Positions 1 to 10,400 of a stretch of DNA of 64,000 nt are shown here, piece by piece; position 1 is the first letter of the stretch; each line of letters starts with the position of its first letter. Below the pieces are notes generated by a model. It worked only from the letters and a program-made list of their open reading frames with translations, ran no database searches and was not told where the DNA came from. The stretch covers positions 7,205 through 71,204 of the forward strand of contig DASXGT010000235.1 of NCBI GenBank assembly GCA_036488895.1. The letters run 5' to 3'. A program made the position numbers and the translations under genes. This stretch comes from Bryobacteraceae bacterium (GTDB taxonomy: Bacteria; Acidobacteriota; Terriglobia; Bryobacterales; Bryobacteraceae).

Positions 1-37
1 GGAAATCGTTAACCTTTCAGTGCTGGCCTTTGAGCAA

Positions 38-1099
38 TTAATTCAACCATCGATCCAGATTACTTCGTACAAAATCATCGTCGCTAAGCTCCGGATAAGA
101 GGTAGAGACCCTCTCGATCTCCTCAAGTTGGCCGGGCGAAAGATCTTCCGAAGGGTCGAGACACCAGCGTCCCGCAAGAAGGCCTTGACGGCGTAAGATT
201 TCGTGTAGTCCTGCGATACAGCCGGCAAAGTGGTTTCGCACGTCGAAAAGCGCGCCATTCGCATCGGTAAGTGCGGCGGAGTGCGCTAGGATATCCATTG
301 CCCCACGGTTGTTATCGCTTCGGCACTGCTGAATCGCACTGAGAAGTTCTACAGCGCGTTTCGTCCAGACAGCCCACTGTCCTAACAGTCCTCCCGCGAA
401 CCGGAGAGTGGCCCGGTTAAGGCAAAAGTCGGTCATCAAGTCAGGAATGATATTGTCATCGTTTCCCGTATACAACGCGATTTCAGCACCACGCCCACTG
501 TCGGCGAGCGCACGAACCACGTCCAACGTTTGATAGCGGTTAAAGGGAGCAACCTTAATTGCCGCCACACCCTCGATTTCACAAAACTCCCGCCAGAATT
601 CGTAACTCAGAATTCGACCACCAACCGCCGGCTGAAGATAAAAGCCGAATAAAGGAATCTCTTCTGCCACGGCGCGACAATGGGCAACAAGCTGTGCATC
701 CGTGGCTTTTGCGAGGGCCGTGAGACTCAGTAGTCCGAGATCAAAACCCACCTCACGGGCAAACTTTGCCTCGCTGAGCGCTTGCGTTGTCCCGCCGCAC
801 AAGCCCGCTACTTTCACTAAATGTTTTCCGGTTGCACTTTCGAAGGACCGCGCCTTCGATACAGCCAAACGCAAGACGGGTTCATACAGACCGATTGGAT
901 TCCGAATCGCGAATTGTGTTGTATGCACACCCACCGCAATGCCCCCAGCGCCAGCTTCGCAGTAGTAGCGGGTCAAGGCCATTTGCCGCCGTTCATCCAG
1001 TTTTCGTTCGGCTGTTAATGCCAGCGGGTGCGCTGGAATCACAGCGCCTTGCCTGAGGATTGCGAGGATGTCAGCGGATACTTTCGGACCAGTTGACAC
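38..1099 (-). CDS. DapA/NAL-family class I aldolase-like protein (dihydrodipicolinate synthase family)
   Basis: 353-aa ORF with TIM-barrel aldolase-like sequence (GGIAVGVHTTQF, lysine context AAIKVAPF). Its start abuts the stop of the upstream epimerase gene (1099/1100), implying an operon. Confidence 0.55.
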   Translation of the reverse strand: MSTGPKVSADILAILRQGAVIPAHPLALTAERKLDERRQMALTRYYCEAGAGGIAVGVHTTQFAIRNPIGLYEPVLRLAVSKARSFESATGKHLVKVAGLCGGTTQALSEAKFAREVGFDLGLLSLTALAKATDAQLVAHCRAVAEEIPLFGFYLQPAVGGRILSYEFWREFCEIEGVAAIKVAPFNRYQTLDVVRALADSGRGAEIALYTGNDDNIIPDLMTDFCLNRATLRFAGGLLGQWAVWTKRAVELLSAIQQCRSDNNRGAMDILAHSAALTDANGALFDVRNHFAGCIAGLHEILRRQGLLAGRWCLDPSEDLSPGQLEEIERVSTSYPELSDDDFVRSNLDRWLN

Positions 1100-2023
1100 T
1101 CAATAGCTCCCGTCAACGACTTCGAAATGCGTTGGTTTGTCGAGATTTTCTCCGCCTGCCAATATCCAATCCGCTACCCAATCGATCAACATCGAATCTC
1201 GAACTGATGGCTCACAAAGCAGGGAGAAGCATAAAGAGGCATCGCTCAATAACGCGCTGTTGCCGTACCGCCCCTCGAACTTAATGGTTCGACCGAAGCG
1301 CTTTGCAAACTCTTCCGCCACATTCCGGACACGAAGTATCTCCCTGCCTGTTACGTTCAGAATCCGCGGCGGTGACTCACATAGGTTAAGTGATCGCAAG
1401 GCATAGGAGTTTGAATCTCCTTGCCAGATTACGTTGAACTCCGGAACCGTTAAATCTATTGCTTCTCCTGAATAGACACGCCGCGCAATATCAACAAGCA
1501 CGCCATAACGCAGATCGACAGCGTAGTTCAATCGGAAGATAAGGCAGGGTGTCTTATGCTCGTTCGAATAATACTCAAAGATCCGTTCCCGTGCGAGACA
1601 AGATTGGGCATACTCCCCGGTAGGAGCCACGGCATCCGTTTCTTTTGAGCCGCCCAAACGTGTGTCTCGCATCCCATAGACGTTACCGGTTGAGAAGATC
1701 ACGATACGGCTTCCACGGTATTGATGGGCTGCCAACGCCGGCGCAATCGCATTCATCGCCCAGGTTAAATCCGGACGCCCGCTAGAACCAAATTTGCGGC
1801 CCGCCAGATACAGTACGTTCTCGCATGCAGGCAACTGAGCCACTGCGGCTGGATTTAATAGGTCGCAGGAGATGGTTTTTACACCGGCCGTTTCCAGAGC
1901 GAGCCGTGCATCTTCGGAGGTGAAACGCGACACCGCGGTTATGCGAGTTTGCATCCCGGCCTGATCTGCGGCACGCCGCGCAAGCATTGCCAGAGATGGA
2001 CCTATCTTCCCACCCGCGCCCAA
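1100..2023 (-). CDS. NAD(P)-dependent epimerase/dehydratase family protein
   Basis: 307 aa with an N-terminal Rossmann glycine motif GAGGKIG. The ORF-track start is a TTG at the glycine motif, so the true N-terminus is uncertain. Confidence 0.7.
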   Translation of the reverse strand: MGAGGKIGPSLAMLARRAADQAGMQTRITAVSRFTSEDARLALETAGVKTISCDLLNPAAVAQLPACENVLYLAGRKFGSSGRPDLTWAMNAIAPALAAHQYRGSRIVIFSTGNVYGMRDTRLGGSKETDAVAPTGEYAQSCLARERIFEYYSNEHKTPCLIFRLNYAVDLRYGVLVDIARRVYSGEAIDLTVPEFNVIWQGDSNSYALRSLNLCESPPRILNVTGREILRVRNVAEEFAKRFGRTIKFEGRYGNSALLSDASLCFSLLCEPSVRDSMLIDWVADWILAGGENLDKPTHFEVVDGSY

Positions 2024-2149
2024 ATAACAATGTCGCCTTTTAGAGCACGCATGAACGCGATGTCGGATTCGCTTGGCCTTGTAATGCGCTCCGCTAATTC
2101 TGCAATGCTCGTGATGGAATCCTTAGCGCTTATCGCCATTTCTTTATCC

Positions 2150-3022
2150 CTAACCGAATTCCGGGCCAAGAACCGCAAAAACGCATCCCGGAATCCCGAC
2201 GAATCTATTCTCACCACGATACATACGGACGAAAGTACGTTCTTGCACAAATCCTCTAGCCTTCAGCCAGTCGAGCCAAGCGGGGGAACCCTGTGGAACA
2301 TCGGCCACAAATGGTCCTTCCTCTTCGAGCAGGCATTGCGATAGCAGATCAGCCGCTAGGCGCTCGTCATCCGCCACAATTGGCCCTAGCTGTCTATATA
2401 AAAAACCCGGGCGGCTGAAGCAATAACCTTGAATTTTTCTTTCACCGGCGATCCAGGCAAACTCAGGAGCGCGCTGGAACAAAACCTGGAGGAGATCACG
2501 CCGATCAGCGCCGAATACCTCACCGTCCCGTTTAAATACGGCCGCCAAATCTTTCTGGCACATACGCCGTATTGGTCCGGGTGCGGTGGTTATCCTGGCA
2601 GCGCCGCGAGGTAACGTCATTCGATGGACTACATATTCTTCTAGGAATCCATGTTCTTGATACAATTGCCTTCCAGTGGGAGTCGCGTCCAGGCGGATGC
2701 AACGTTGATCACCTAAAATGGTCAACCCTTCGTAAAGCAATCTCGTCCCAATCCCCGCCCGCCGTTCTTGCGGATCCACCAACATCATAGCCAGCCAGCT
2801 AAATCGGTCTTGGTAACGAACCGTAGCGACGGTGCCAATCACCTGTCCGTTTTTCTCAGCGACGCGACACCCCGCCGGGTTCAGTTCCAAGAACGAAATC
2901 CAGTCGCTCTCGATCTGGTTCCATCGGCTAAGCCGGCATAATCGCAAACCCGCAGCAATGTCTTGCCATGTCATTTCACGTATTGTCACCTGCACTGCAG
3001 TCTTCCCTCTGCCTACATCCAT
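2150..3022 (-). CDS. GNAT family N-acetyltransferase (two-domain)
   Basis: 290 aa with the acetyl-CoA binding motif RRAGIGTRLL and GNAT-like N-terminal half (IREMTWQDI...VIGTVATV). Confidence 0.8.
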   Translation of the reverse strand: MDVGRGKTAVQVTIREMTWQDIAAGLRLCRLSRWNQIESDWISFLELNPAGCRVAEKNGQVIGTVATVRYQDRFSWLAMMLVDPQERRAGIGTRLLYEGLTILGDQRCIRLDATPTGRQLYQEHGFLEEYVVHRMTLPRGAARITTAPGPIRRMCQKDLAAVFKRDGEVFGADRRDLLQVLFQRAPEFAWIAGERKIQGYCFSRPGFLYRQLGPIVADDERLAADLLSQCLLEEEGPFVADVPQGSPAWLDWLKARGFVQERTFVRMYRGENRFVGIPGCVFAVLGPEFG

Positions 3023-3056
3023 GAAGAACCCGCTAATTCGCTAGGGACTCCCATCA

Positions 3057-4418
3057 TCAAACTTGTTCCACGCGGAGTTCGATGCGCTCTTTTGGCCGAA
3101 GAGAGATCCACGCGTTGACCTCGGCAGGAGCAGAGGAGGCCAGCGAGAAGCGAAACTGACGTAGCATCGAGGCGAGTCCGAGCACGGTTTCAGCCATCGC
3201 GAAATGCTGGCCGATGCAGACACGAGGGCCAATTCCGAATGGCGCATAGGTAAACCGTCGTTGCACCTGATTTCCGAGCCAGCGTTGCGGGCTGAATCGC
3301 TCCGGTTCGGGGTACCAGCGGGGATCGCGGTGTAACCTATGCAAACAGAGCCAGAGATCCGTCCCCTTGGGAACAGGCAGGCTACCGAGAGTCCCGTCCT
3401 TTGTTGTTTTACGTCCTAAACTCCACACCGGAGGATAGAGTCGCAAAGCTTCCTTGACCACCGCCGTCACGAAGCGCAGTTGCGGGTAGTGCTCCGCTCG
3501 AATCTCGCCTCCTTCGGTAACCACAGAGATTTCCTTCGCCGCTTGCTCCTGTGTCTCAGGATGTGTCGCTAGCAGATAGGCGGCCCAGGTCAAAGACAGT
3601 GCTGCCGTCTCATGACCTGCGAGGAAGAACGTCAAAATCTCATCATGCAGCTGGTGGTCCGACATCGGATCGCCGTCGGCGTCACGAGCGCGAAGAAGAG
3701 AGCCGAGAAGGTCAATACCAGCTTCGCCGGAATCTCGTCTTGCCCTGATGGTTTCTCGTATGGAACGGTTTAGCCGCCTGACAGCGCGATTCCACCGGAT
3801 GCTTCGGGCAAATGGTAATCTCCTCCAGATCGGCAGGTACAGAATCTCTGCCCGAAGGTCGCCAAAAACCACCGAAACCGCCTTGCCAATTTCAACGTTG
3901 TTGGAGGTGAATTCTCCTCCAAAGAGTACACTGCAGATCGTCTCTCGGGTATACCGCATCATATCGGCGTGAATATTACGTACATCCCCGGCGCGCCACT
4001 CTGAAAGCAGGCTGGAAATGCAGTTCAGCATGATGGAAGCGTAGTCGGTCATAGCGCTGTGCTGGAAGCTCGGCTGGACCATATTCCGTTGCCGACGCCA
4101 GAACGCACCATCGCTGGCAAGCAGACCATCGCCGAAGATGGGTCGGAGCCGTCGAATTTCCGCGGAGCGACCAAATGTGCCGCGATCTTTCACGAGAACT
4201 TCTTCAATATCGTCGGGATGACAGAGAAGGACAATCTTCCGGCCCAGAACGCGAAACTGTACTCTATCGCCGTGTTCTCGAAGGACGCGCGAGAAGAACG
4301 CGAGGGCATTCCGCTGTATCGGAATGAGCACTCCCAGAAAAGGCAGGCCATTGATGCGCACTAAATCCGTGACAGCTGCATCACCTCCAGCATCCATTTC
4401 AAGTGCGGGCTTGTTCAA
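3057..4418 (-). CDS. Cytochrome P450
   Basis: 453 aa with heme-binding loop FGIGPRVCIGQHFA, I-helix FLAGHETAA and EALRLYPP (ExxR). TTG start preceded by GGAGG. Confidence 0.95.
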   Translation of the reverse strand: MNKPALEMDAGGDAAVTDLVRINGLPFLGVLIPIQRNALAFFSRVLREHGDRVQFRVLGRKIVLLCHPDDIEEVLVKDRGTFGRSAEIRRLRPIFGDGLLASDGAFWRRQRNMVQPSFQHSAMTDYASIMLNCISSLLSEWRAGDVRNIHADMMRYTRETICSVLFGGEFTSNNVEIGKAVSVVFGDLRAEILYLPIWRRLPFARSIRWNRAVRRLNRSIRETIRARRDSGEAGIDLLGSLLRARDADGDPMSDHQLHDEILTFFLAGHETAALSLTWAAYLLATHPETQEQAAKEISVVTEGGEIRAEHYPQLRFVTAVVKEALRLYPPVWSLGRKTTKDGTLGSLPVPKGTDLWLCLHRLHRDPRWYPEPERFSPQRWLGNQVQRRFTYAPFGIGPRVCIGQHFAMAETVLGLASMLRQFRFSLASSAPAEVNAWISLRPKERIELRVEQV

Positions 4419-4457
4419 AGCGCTATGCCTCCAATTCCAGCCTACGGTAGACGGCCG

Positions 4458-5285
4458 CTAACCGTCCGCCTTCCGCCCCCAGACGCACGACATGCGCGGC
4501 GCAAGTATGACCACGTTCGGATTGTCAACTGCCGATTGCATCTGTGCCAGCCTTCGCGCCAGCGCCCTCTCAGTTAAGATGCCCGCCTCCACTAAAGCAG
4601 GTCCGGCCTCTTCCACACTCCATTTCAGGAAATAACGATTCTCTCCACGAATAATGGCGGGCTGATGAATTTCAAGGTTCGCCCCTCTAAAGCCTGCCGC
4701 CACCACCATGTGAAAGAGATCCTTTGCCAGCGAATAATTCACGCCGCGCGTGGGGCCCAGCCGCCCGAAAAGCTCCGCAAAGGCATCCATCGCGCTGCGG
4801 AGCACGCTGGTGGCGGAAGCAAGATCGCCATCTTCCACCACCAGCATGCCGCCCGGCCGCAGCACCGCTCGCATTTCGTGCAGGCACGCCGTCGGGTCCG
4901 TCAGGTGGAGTAACAGAAAACGGCAGTAGACCAGATCGAACGAGTTCCGCGGCAACCCCGTACTGTAAGCGCTCGCTTTCACGAAACAGGTATTTTGTAG
5001 GCCTTCCCGGTCACACAACGCGGCCGCCTCCTTTAGTTGTGCCTCGTCCACATCGATGCCGGTAACGCTGCCCGACGGTCCAACCATTTGGGCGAGCATG
5101 CGCGTGACAACACCAACCCCGCAGCCAAAATCGGCCACTGTCATCCCCTGCGTGAGGCCGGCTTGCAGCAATACGCGCTTTCCGGCTGGCGCATAAACAT
5201 CATGTAGCACGTGCAGGCGGCGAACTGCGGCTGCACCCGTTGCCAGCACGTACAAATCAGAAGAAGCCAAAGCATTCAACGGCAT
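4458..5285 (-). CDS. Class I SAM-dependent methyltransferase
   Basis: 275 aa with motif I VADFGCGVGVVT and post-I acidic residue. It lies 39 bp upstream of the P450 gene on the same strand. Confidence 0.85.
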   Translation of the reverse strand: MPLNALASSDLYVLATGAAAVRRLHVLHDVYAPAGKRVLLQAGLTQGMTVADFGCGVGVVTRMLAQMVGPSGSVTGIDVDEAQLKEAAALCDREGLQNTCFVKASAYSTGLPRNSFDLVYCRFLLLHLTDPTACLHEMRAVLRPGGMLVVEDGDLASATSVLRSAMDAFAELFGRLGPTRGVNYSLAKDLFHMVVAAGFRGANLEIHQPAIIRGENRYFLKWSVEEAGPALVEAGILTERALARRLAQMQSAVDNPNVVILAPRMSCVWGRKADG

Positions 5286-5448
5286 TGAAAAATCCTTTCG
5301 TGGCGAACGTGCGCATCCGCCTCATTGAAATACGCGCTGAACCGGCGGAATAAGGCTCATCAAAAAATGCGCCACGCGATTGATTTTTTATTGAGCTGTT
5401 TTGAGCCGCGTCTACGCGTACGTGTTTGACAGAAAGTAGGTGCACAAT

Positions 5449-6597
5449 ATGCGCAAACAAAACCAACCGGAACACGTCGGAACCGTAGTCGTCGGCGCCG
5501 GCCAAGCGGGCCTGTCAGTCGGGTACTATCTGGCCCAACGCCATCTTTCCTTCATCATCCTCGATGCCAACCCGCGAATCGGTGACTCCTGGCGCAAGCG
5601 CTGGGATTCGCTCCACCTCTTCACTCCTGCCGGTTATGACGGACTCGCCGGAATGCCGTTCCCCGCGCCGCCGCACTCGTTCCCCACCAAGGACGAAATG
5701 GCCGATTATCTGGAAGCCTACGCCGCGCGCTTCAACCTGCCAGTCAAAACCGGTATCCAGGTCGATGGACTCTCCAGGCAAGGCGCGAAATATCTGGTCA
5801 CCGCGGGCGGCCGCCAATTCCAGGCTGATCACGTCGTCATCGCCATGGCTCGTTATCAGCAGCGTCGCGTGCCCCCGTTCGCCCTGCAGCTCGATCCGAA
5901 TATCCTTCAACTGCATTCCAGCGAATACCGCAACCCCCAGCAGTTGAAAAACGGCGGTGTTCTCATTGTGGGCGCTGGCAATTCCGGCGCCGAGATAGCC
6001 ATGGAGGTGGCGCGCGGTCACGCCACCTGGATGTCCGGCCGCGACACCGGCCACATCCCGTTCCGCATTGGCGGCCTCGCGGCGCGTTTGTTTTTACAGC
6101 GTTTGGTCTTCCGCTTCGTGTTCCACCGGGTCCTCACCAATCACACGCCCATGGGCCGGAAAGTCCGCCAGAGCGTCCTCTCTCAAGGTGGACCGCTGAT
6201 TCGCGTGAAACCTAAAGACCTGGCCGCTGCCGGCATCAAACGCGTTCCCAAAGTCATCGGTTCGCGCGTGGGATTGCCCTTGCTGGACGACGGGCACGTG
6301 CTCGACGTGGCGAACGTCATCTGGTGCACCGGCTTCCATCCCGGCTTCTCCTGGATCGACTTGCCCGTTTTTGCCGAAGACGGAGTGCCGAACCACGAAA
6401 GTGGCGTCGCCCTCGGAGAGCCAGGCCTCTACTTCGTCGGTCTGCCTTTCATTTACGCCTTTTCCTCGATGATGATCCATGGCGTCGCAAGGGACGCCGA
6501 ACGCATCGCCCAGATTATCGACGCCCGCACCCGCGCTGCCATCCCGGAACCATCGAGGCCCGATGCGATCGAAACCACCCGTCTTCGTCTCGCATGA
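5449..6597 (+). CDS. FAD/NAD(P)H-dependent flavoprotein monooxygenase-like oxidoreductase
   Basis: Two dinucleotide-binding motifs (VVVGAGQAGLS and LIVGAGNSGAEIA). ATG at 5449 is preferred over the GTG at 5440 used by the ORF track. Confidence 0.8.
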   Translation: MRKQNQPEHVGTVVVGAGQAGLSVGYYLAQRHLSFIILDANPRIGDSWRKRWDSLHLFTPAGYDGLAGMPFPAPPHSFPTKDEMADYLEAYAARFNLPVKTGIQVDGLSRQGAKYLVTAGGRQFQADHVVIAMARYQQRRVPPFALQLDPNILQLHSSEYRNPQQLKNGGVLIVGAGNSGAEIAMEVARGHATWMSGRDTGHIPFRIGGLAARLFLQRLVFRFVFHRVLTNHTPMGRKVRQSVLSQGGPLIRVKPKDLAAAGIKRVPKVIGSRVGLPLLDDGHVLDVANVIWCTGFHPGFSWIDLPVFAEDGVPNHESGVALGEPGLYFVGLPFIYAFSSMMIHGVARDAERIAQIIDARTRAAIPEPSRPDAIETTRLRLA

Positions 6598-6713
6598 GTA
6601 AACAGCCTTAGCGGGCGCTTACTCGCAGCCACACACCGATGGCACCGCCAGCGCTTGCGATAAATTGAGGAGCATCGCTCAGTCTATATACTTGCCAGGC
6701 GAAACTAAAATTC

Positions 6714-7418
6714 ATGACTCCTATTGTTCAAATATCGCTGGACCTCATCTCTATTCCGGAAGCATTAGAGACCGCCCATATGGCGCTCCGCGCCGGTGTC
6801 GATTGGTTGGAGGCCGGAACTCCTTTAATCATTGCTGAAGGCATGAATGGTGTTCGTGCACTGAGGAAAGAATTTCCCGATGTGCCGATCGTGGCCGATC
6901 TGAAGACGATGGACGGCGGATGGCTCGAAGCCCAAATGATGGCACAGGCGGGGGCCACGCATGTGGTCGTTATGGAGAGAGCGCATCCCGAGACCATTAA
7001 GATCGTTGTGAAAGCCGGCAAGGATTTCGGTGTGGCCGTCATGGGAGATAACCTTGCCGCGGACGACATGGTGGCTGCTGCCAAGCGGCTCGAGGATTAT
7101 GGCTGCGGCTTTGTCATTCACCACATAGGATATGACGAGAGACGGGGAATTGCCGCGGCGGGCGGCAAAGCCCCTAGTCCCTTGGATCAGCTTCGTGAAG
7201 TCGTGAAAGCTGTAAAAATACCTGTCCAGGCCGTCGGCGGCCTGACAATCGAGCAAGCGATTAGTACCCCGGAATATGGAGCGCCTTTGGTGGTTTTGGG
7301 TGCACCTCTGACAATTGAAGCGGATGCGTTTAAAGCCGCGGGCGGCGGAATAGAGGCGAAGCTCCGCATGATTTGCGAGAAAGTCCATGCCTACGGAGAT
7401 ATTGCGGTAGGCCGCTGA
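6714..7418 (+). CDS. 3-hexulose-6-phosphate synthase / KGPDC-like protein (OMP decarboxylase superfamily)
   Basis: 234 aa. The N-terminus IVQISLDL...LEAGTPLI..EGM..VRALRKEFPD.PIVADLKTMDGG follows the HPS/KGPDC pattern. No isomerase partner gene is nearby. Confidence 0.65.
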   Translation: MTPIVQISLDLISIPEALETAHMALRAGVDWLEAGTPLIIAEGMNGVRALRKEFPDVPIVADLKTMDGGWLEAQMMAQAGATHVVVMERAHPETIKIVVKAGKDFGVAVMGDNLAADDMVAAAKRLEDYGCGFVIHHIGYDERRGIAAAGGKAPSPLDQLREVVKAVKIPVQAVGGLTIEQAISTPEYGAPLVVLGAPLTIEADAFKAAGGGIEAKLRMICEKVHAYGDIAVGR

Positions 7419-7456
7419 AACAATTCCATGAACAAACGAATACCCGCGGTTGTGAA

Positions 7457-10400
7457 CTAGAACTGCAATTTCATCGAGAGTTGGATGAATCGCGGCAGAT
7501 TACTTTGATCCATCGCGCCTGAAATGCGGCCGAAGTTGGCATTGTTCACGTCATTTATCGGCCCGCTAAAGAACTGCGGTGAATTAAATGCATTGATGAA
7601 ATCGGCGCGGAACAGCAGATCGATCCTCTCGGTGATATGGCTGTGCTTCACCACCGAGATATCCACGTTGTGAATGCCGGGAAGCCGGACAGATGACAAT
7701 CGAGTCGACCAGACCTGCAAGGTATCCGGTTGCCTGATGGTCCATGCGGGTGGCTGGTTCCCGACGCAGCCGCGCGTTGCGCCCCCAGCTAGCAAAGTAC
7801 ATGTGTTGAACCACTGTGTTAGCGAAGGATTCGGAAGGGCAGGATTCACTCCTGTTGGCGCGGCGTTGGCAGGGAAGTTCATCGGCATGCCGTCCTGCAA
7901 GCGGACCAGTGTATGGAGTTCCCAACCGCTGATTCCCCAACGAACAGGTCTTGGTAGTTGTGATCCAAATTGTTTTCCCGTTCCGAATGGCAGCTCATAG
8001 CCGAACTGGATCTGTAGATTCTGAGGAGTGTCCCAGGCTGCGATCACGCGCTCCAGACGTGTATCCTGCGGATTCGCGAAGCTGGTCTGATCGATCTGCT
8101 TCGAGATTGTGTACGCAACTGTAAAGTTCAGTCCATACGAGTACCGCTTTCGCGCTGTAAACTGGGCGGAATTGTAGCTCGACGTACCGATTGGTTCGAA
8201 TTCTTCAATTATGCCTCCCGACGTTCCTGCAGGATTCCCGGCAATCAGGAACCCCGGATACGGCACGAGCAACTGTTGCCGCGCAACCGTCGCTCCATTC
8301 AAAGCGGTCCCCGGCAGTAATCCGGCGAACGGGTTCGCTACATTTTGCGACAGCGCCGTAGCGCCTAGACCCAAGGCGGAAATGGGCAACGCGTTGAGCT
8401 GTTGATTAACCGGAAGTCTCTCGGCGCGGCTCCCGATATATCCGGCTGTAAACAAATAATCATGTGCGAGCGATCTCTGAATTTCGAATGAGAACTGATG
8501 CACGTAAGGCGGCGCGCCATTCGGAGCGGCAAATGTGAAGCTCTGACCCAAAGCCGTGAGTAGCCCCTGAGAGGCCCCTACCGGACTCAGTATCCCAGTG
8601 GGGAAGGGATTATCTAGTGTGTTATAGGGAACGCCTGTCTGAATCGAGCTGACCATATTCGTCTGTTGGCTGAACCCCGGCGCATTGCCCGGATCGTTCC
8701 AGGTCTGTCCATAAATCAGCGCATAGCCGCCGCGCAGCACAGTATTGTTAGTAAGTTGGTACGCCATTCCGACGCGCGGCCCGATGTTACCCCATGATTG
8801 ATTGAAGATACCTCGTGGTTGTCCGTTGACTCCGGCAAACAGCACACCGCCATAGAGAGTCATGCCCGGTACTTGCAGTGGATTAGGCGTTGTGGCCGCG
8901 AAGCCCCGCGGCAACTCATTGTAGCGATCCGTGAGAGGACCCATGTAATCCCAACGCAGTCCCAAGTTGATCTTCAGCTTCTGCGTAACGTTAATATCAT
9001 TCTGCACGTAGAAAGAGAACATTTGTTCCTGGCGTGCCGGCTGGCTATTCACCTGGATATAGCCACTCTGCGGCGTGCCCAATAAGAACGAGGCGATGGC
9101 ATTGCCCGATGCCGGCTGTATCTGCAGCGGGTTTGCTCCTGTGAATTGCTGATCGAAAGAAAAGTTGCCGGCGTTGTAACCAGGCTGTTGCGAATATCCT
9201 CGCAGCAGGCGATATTCGCCGCCGAATTTTAACGCCTCACGGCCCATCACCTTCGACATCGAGGCTTGAACGGAGTTCGTCTGCGCAGTCGGACTGATAT
9301 AAGTCGGTTGCGCTCCGGCGCCTTCGTAACTGGCCCAGGTAAACTTAGGAAACCAGTTAGCCGCCTCCGCAACAAAGGCCGGCGAGAAACCGAGCGTTGA
9401 CGGACCGGCGCCTGCCCCTTGTTGTGCTCCGCTTTCCGATTTGAATCGCTCCAGGCCCAAGCGGAAATCGAATACTGTTGTTGGACTCAGTGTCTTTGTA
9501 AACTGAATGGTCGCGTTGTGGTTCTCGCGTGTAAAGGGATTATTCTGCCCGGTGTCAGCGGGATTAATGGCGGAAACCGTAGAATAGTGAAAACTGCGCT
9601 CCTCTTGCAGGGCATTCCGCGAATAACGCACAAATAATCGCGTCGTCTCATTAACGTCGTAATCCACTCGGCCGGTGTTCTCAGGGAAAAAATCCGTAAA
9701 CTTGCGCGTATTTCCACCGTTAGTCAAGTTATTAAGGCGAGTGAGGGGATCGCCGGCTACATTTCCACCTGGAATAAAGGACAACACCTTCACAGCTACC
9801 GGGTCCAACATTGACGAAGGAATAACGTTGCCGGGAAAGGCCGTGCGTGTCAGTGTTCCGTTTGGTCCCGCCGTCGTCGAAAATGGATTGTAGATCGTCT
9901 CTACGAGCGGACTTCCGGAACCGTTTCTGGCGTAATACGTCTGCGAGAAATCGCCTTGCTTTTGTAGCGTGGTCGGCACTGAAGTCACGAACGGATCCGG
10001 GATCACTTGGCGGATGTCCTCGAATGTGTAGCTGAAGAACAGCTTATTTCTCTTAATCGGTCCGCTCACATCACCGCCAAACGTGTTGATATGTGAAGAA
10101 GTGCGGCCTATGCCCGTGAGATTGTTATTGAATGTGGCGGCGTCAAGATGCGTATTTTGGAAGAACTCAAACACCGACCCATGAAAATTATTGCTCCCGT
10201 TCTTGGTGATGATGTTGATTACGCCTCCAAGCGTCCAACCGTATTGCGCATCGTAATTCGTAGTTTGCACTTTGAACTCATTCATTCCCTCGGCGGTGGG
10301 AACGTATGACACGGAGGACGCCTCATAAAGGCTCGATATGCCGTCCACAAGCACCTCGTTCGTGCTAGGTCTACCGCCGTTGATAGTTATGCTTGACGAA

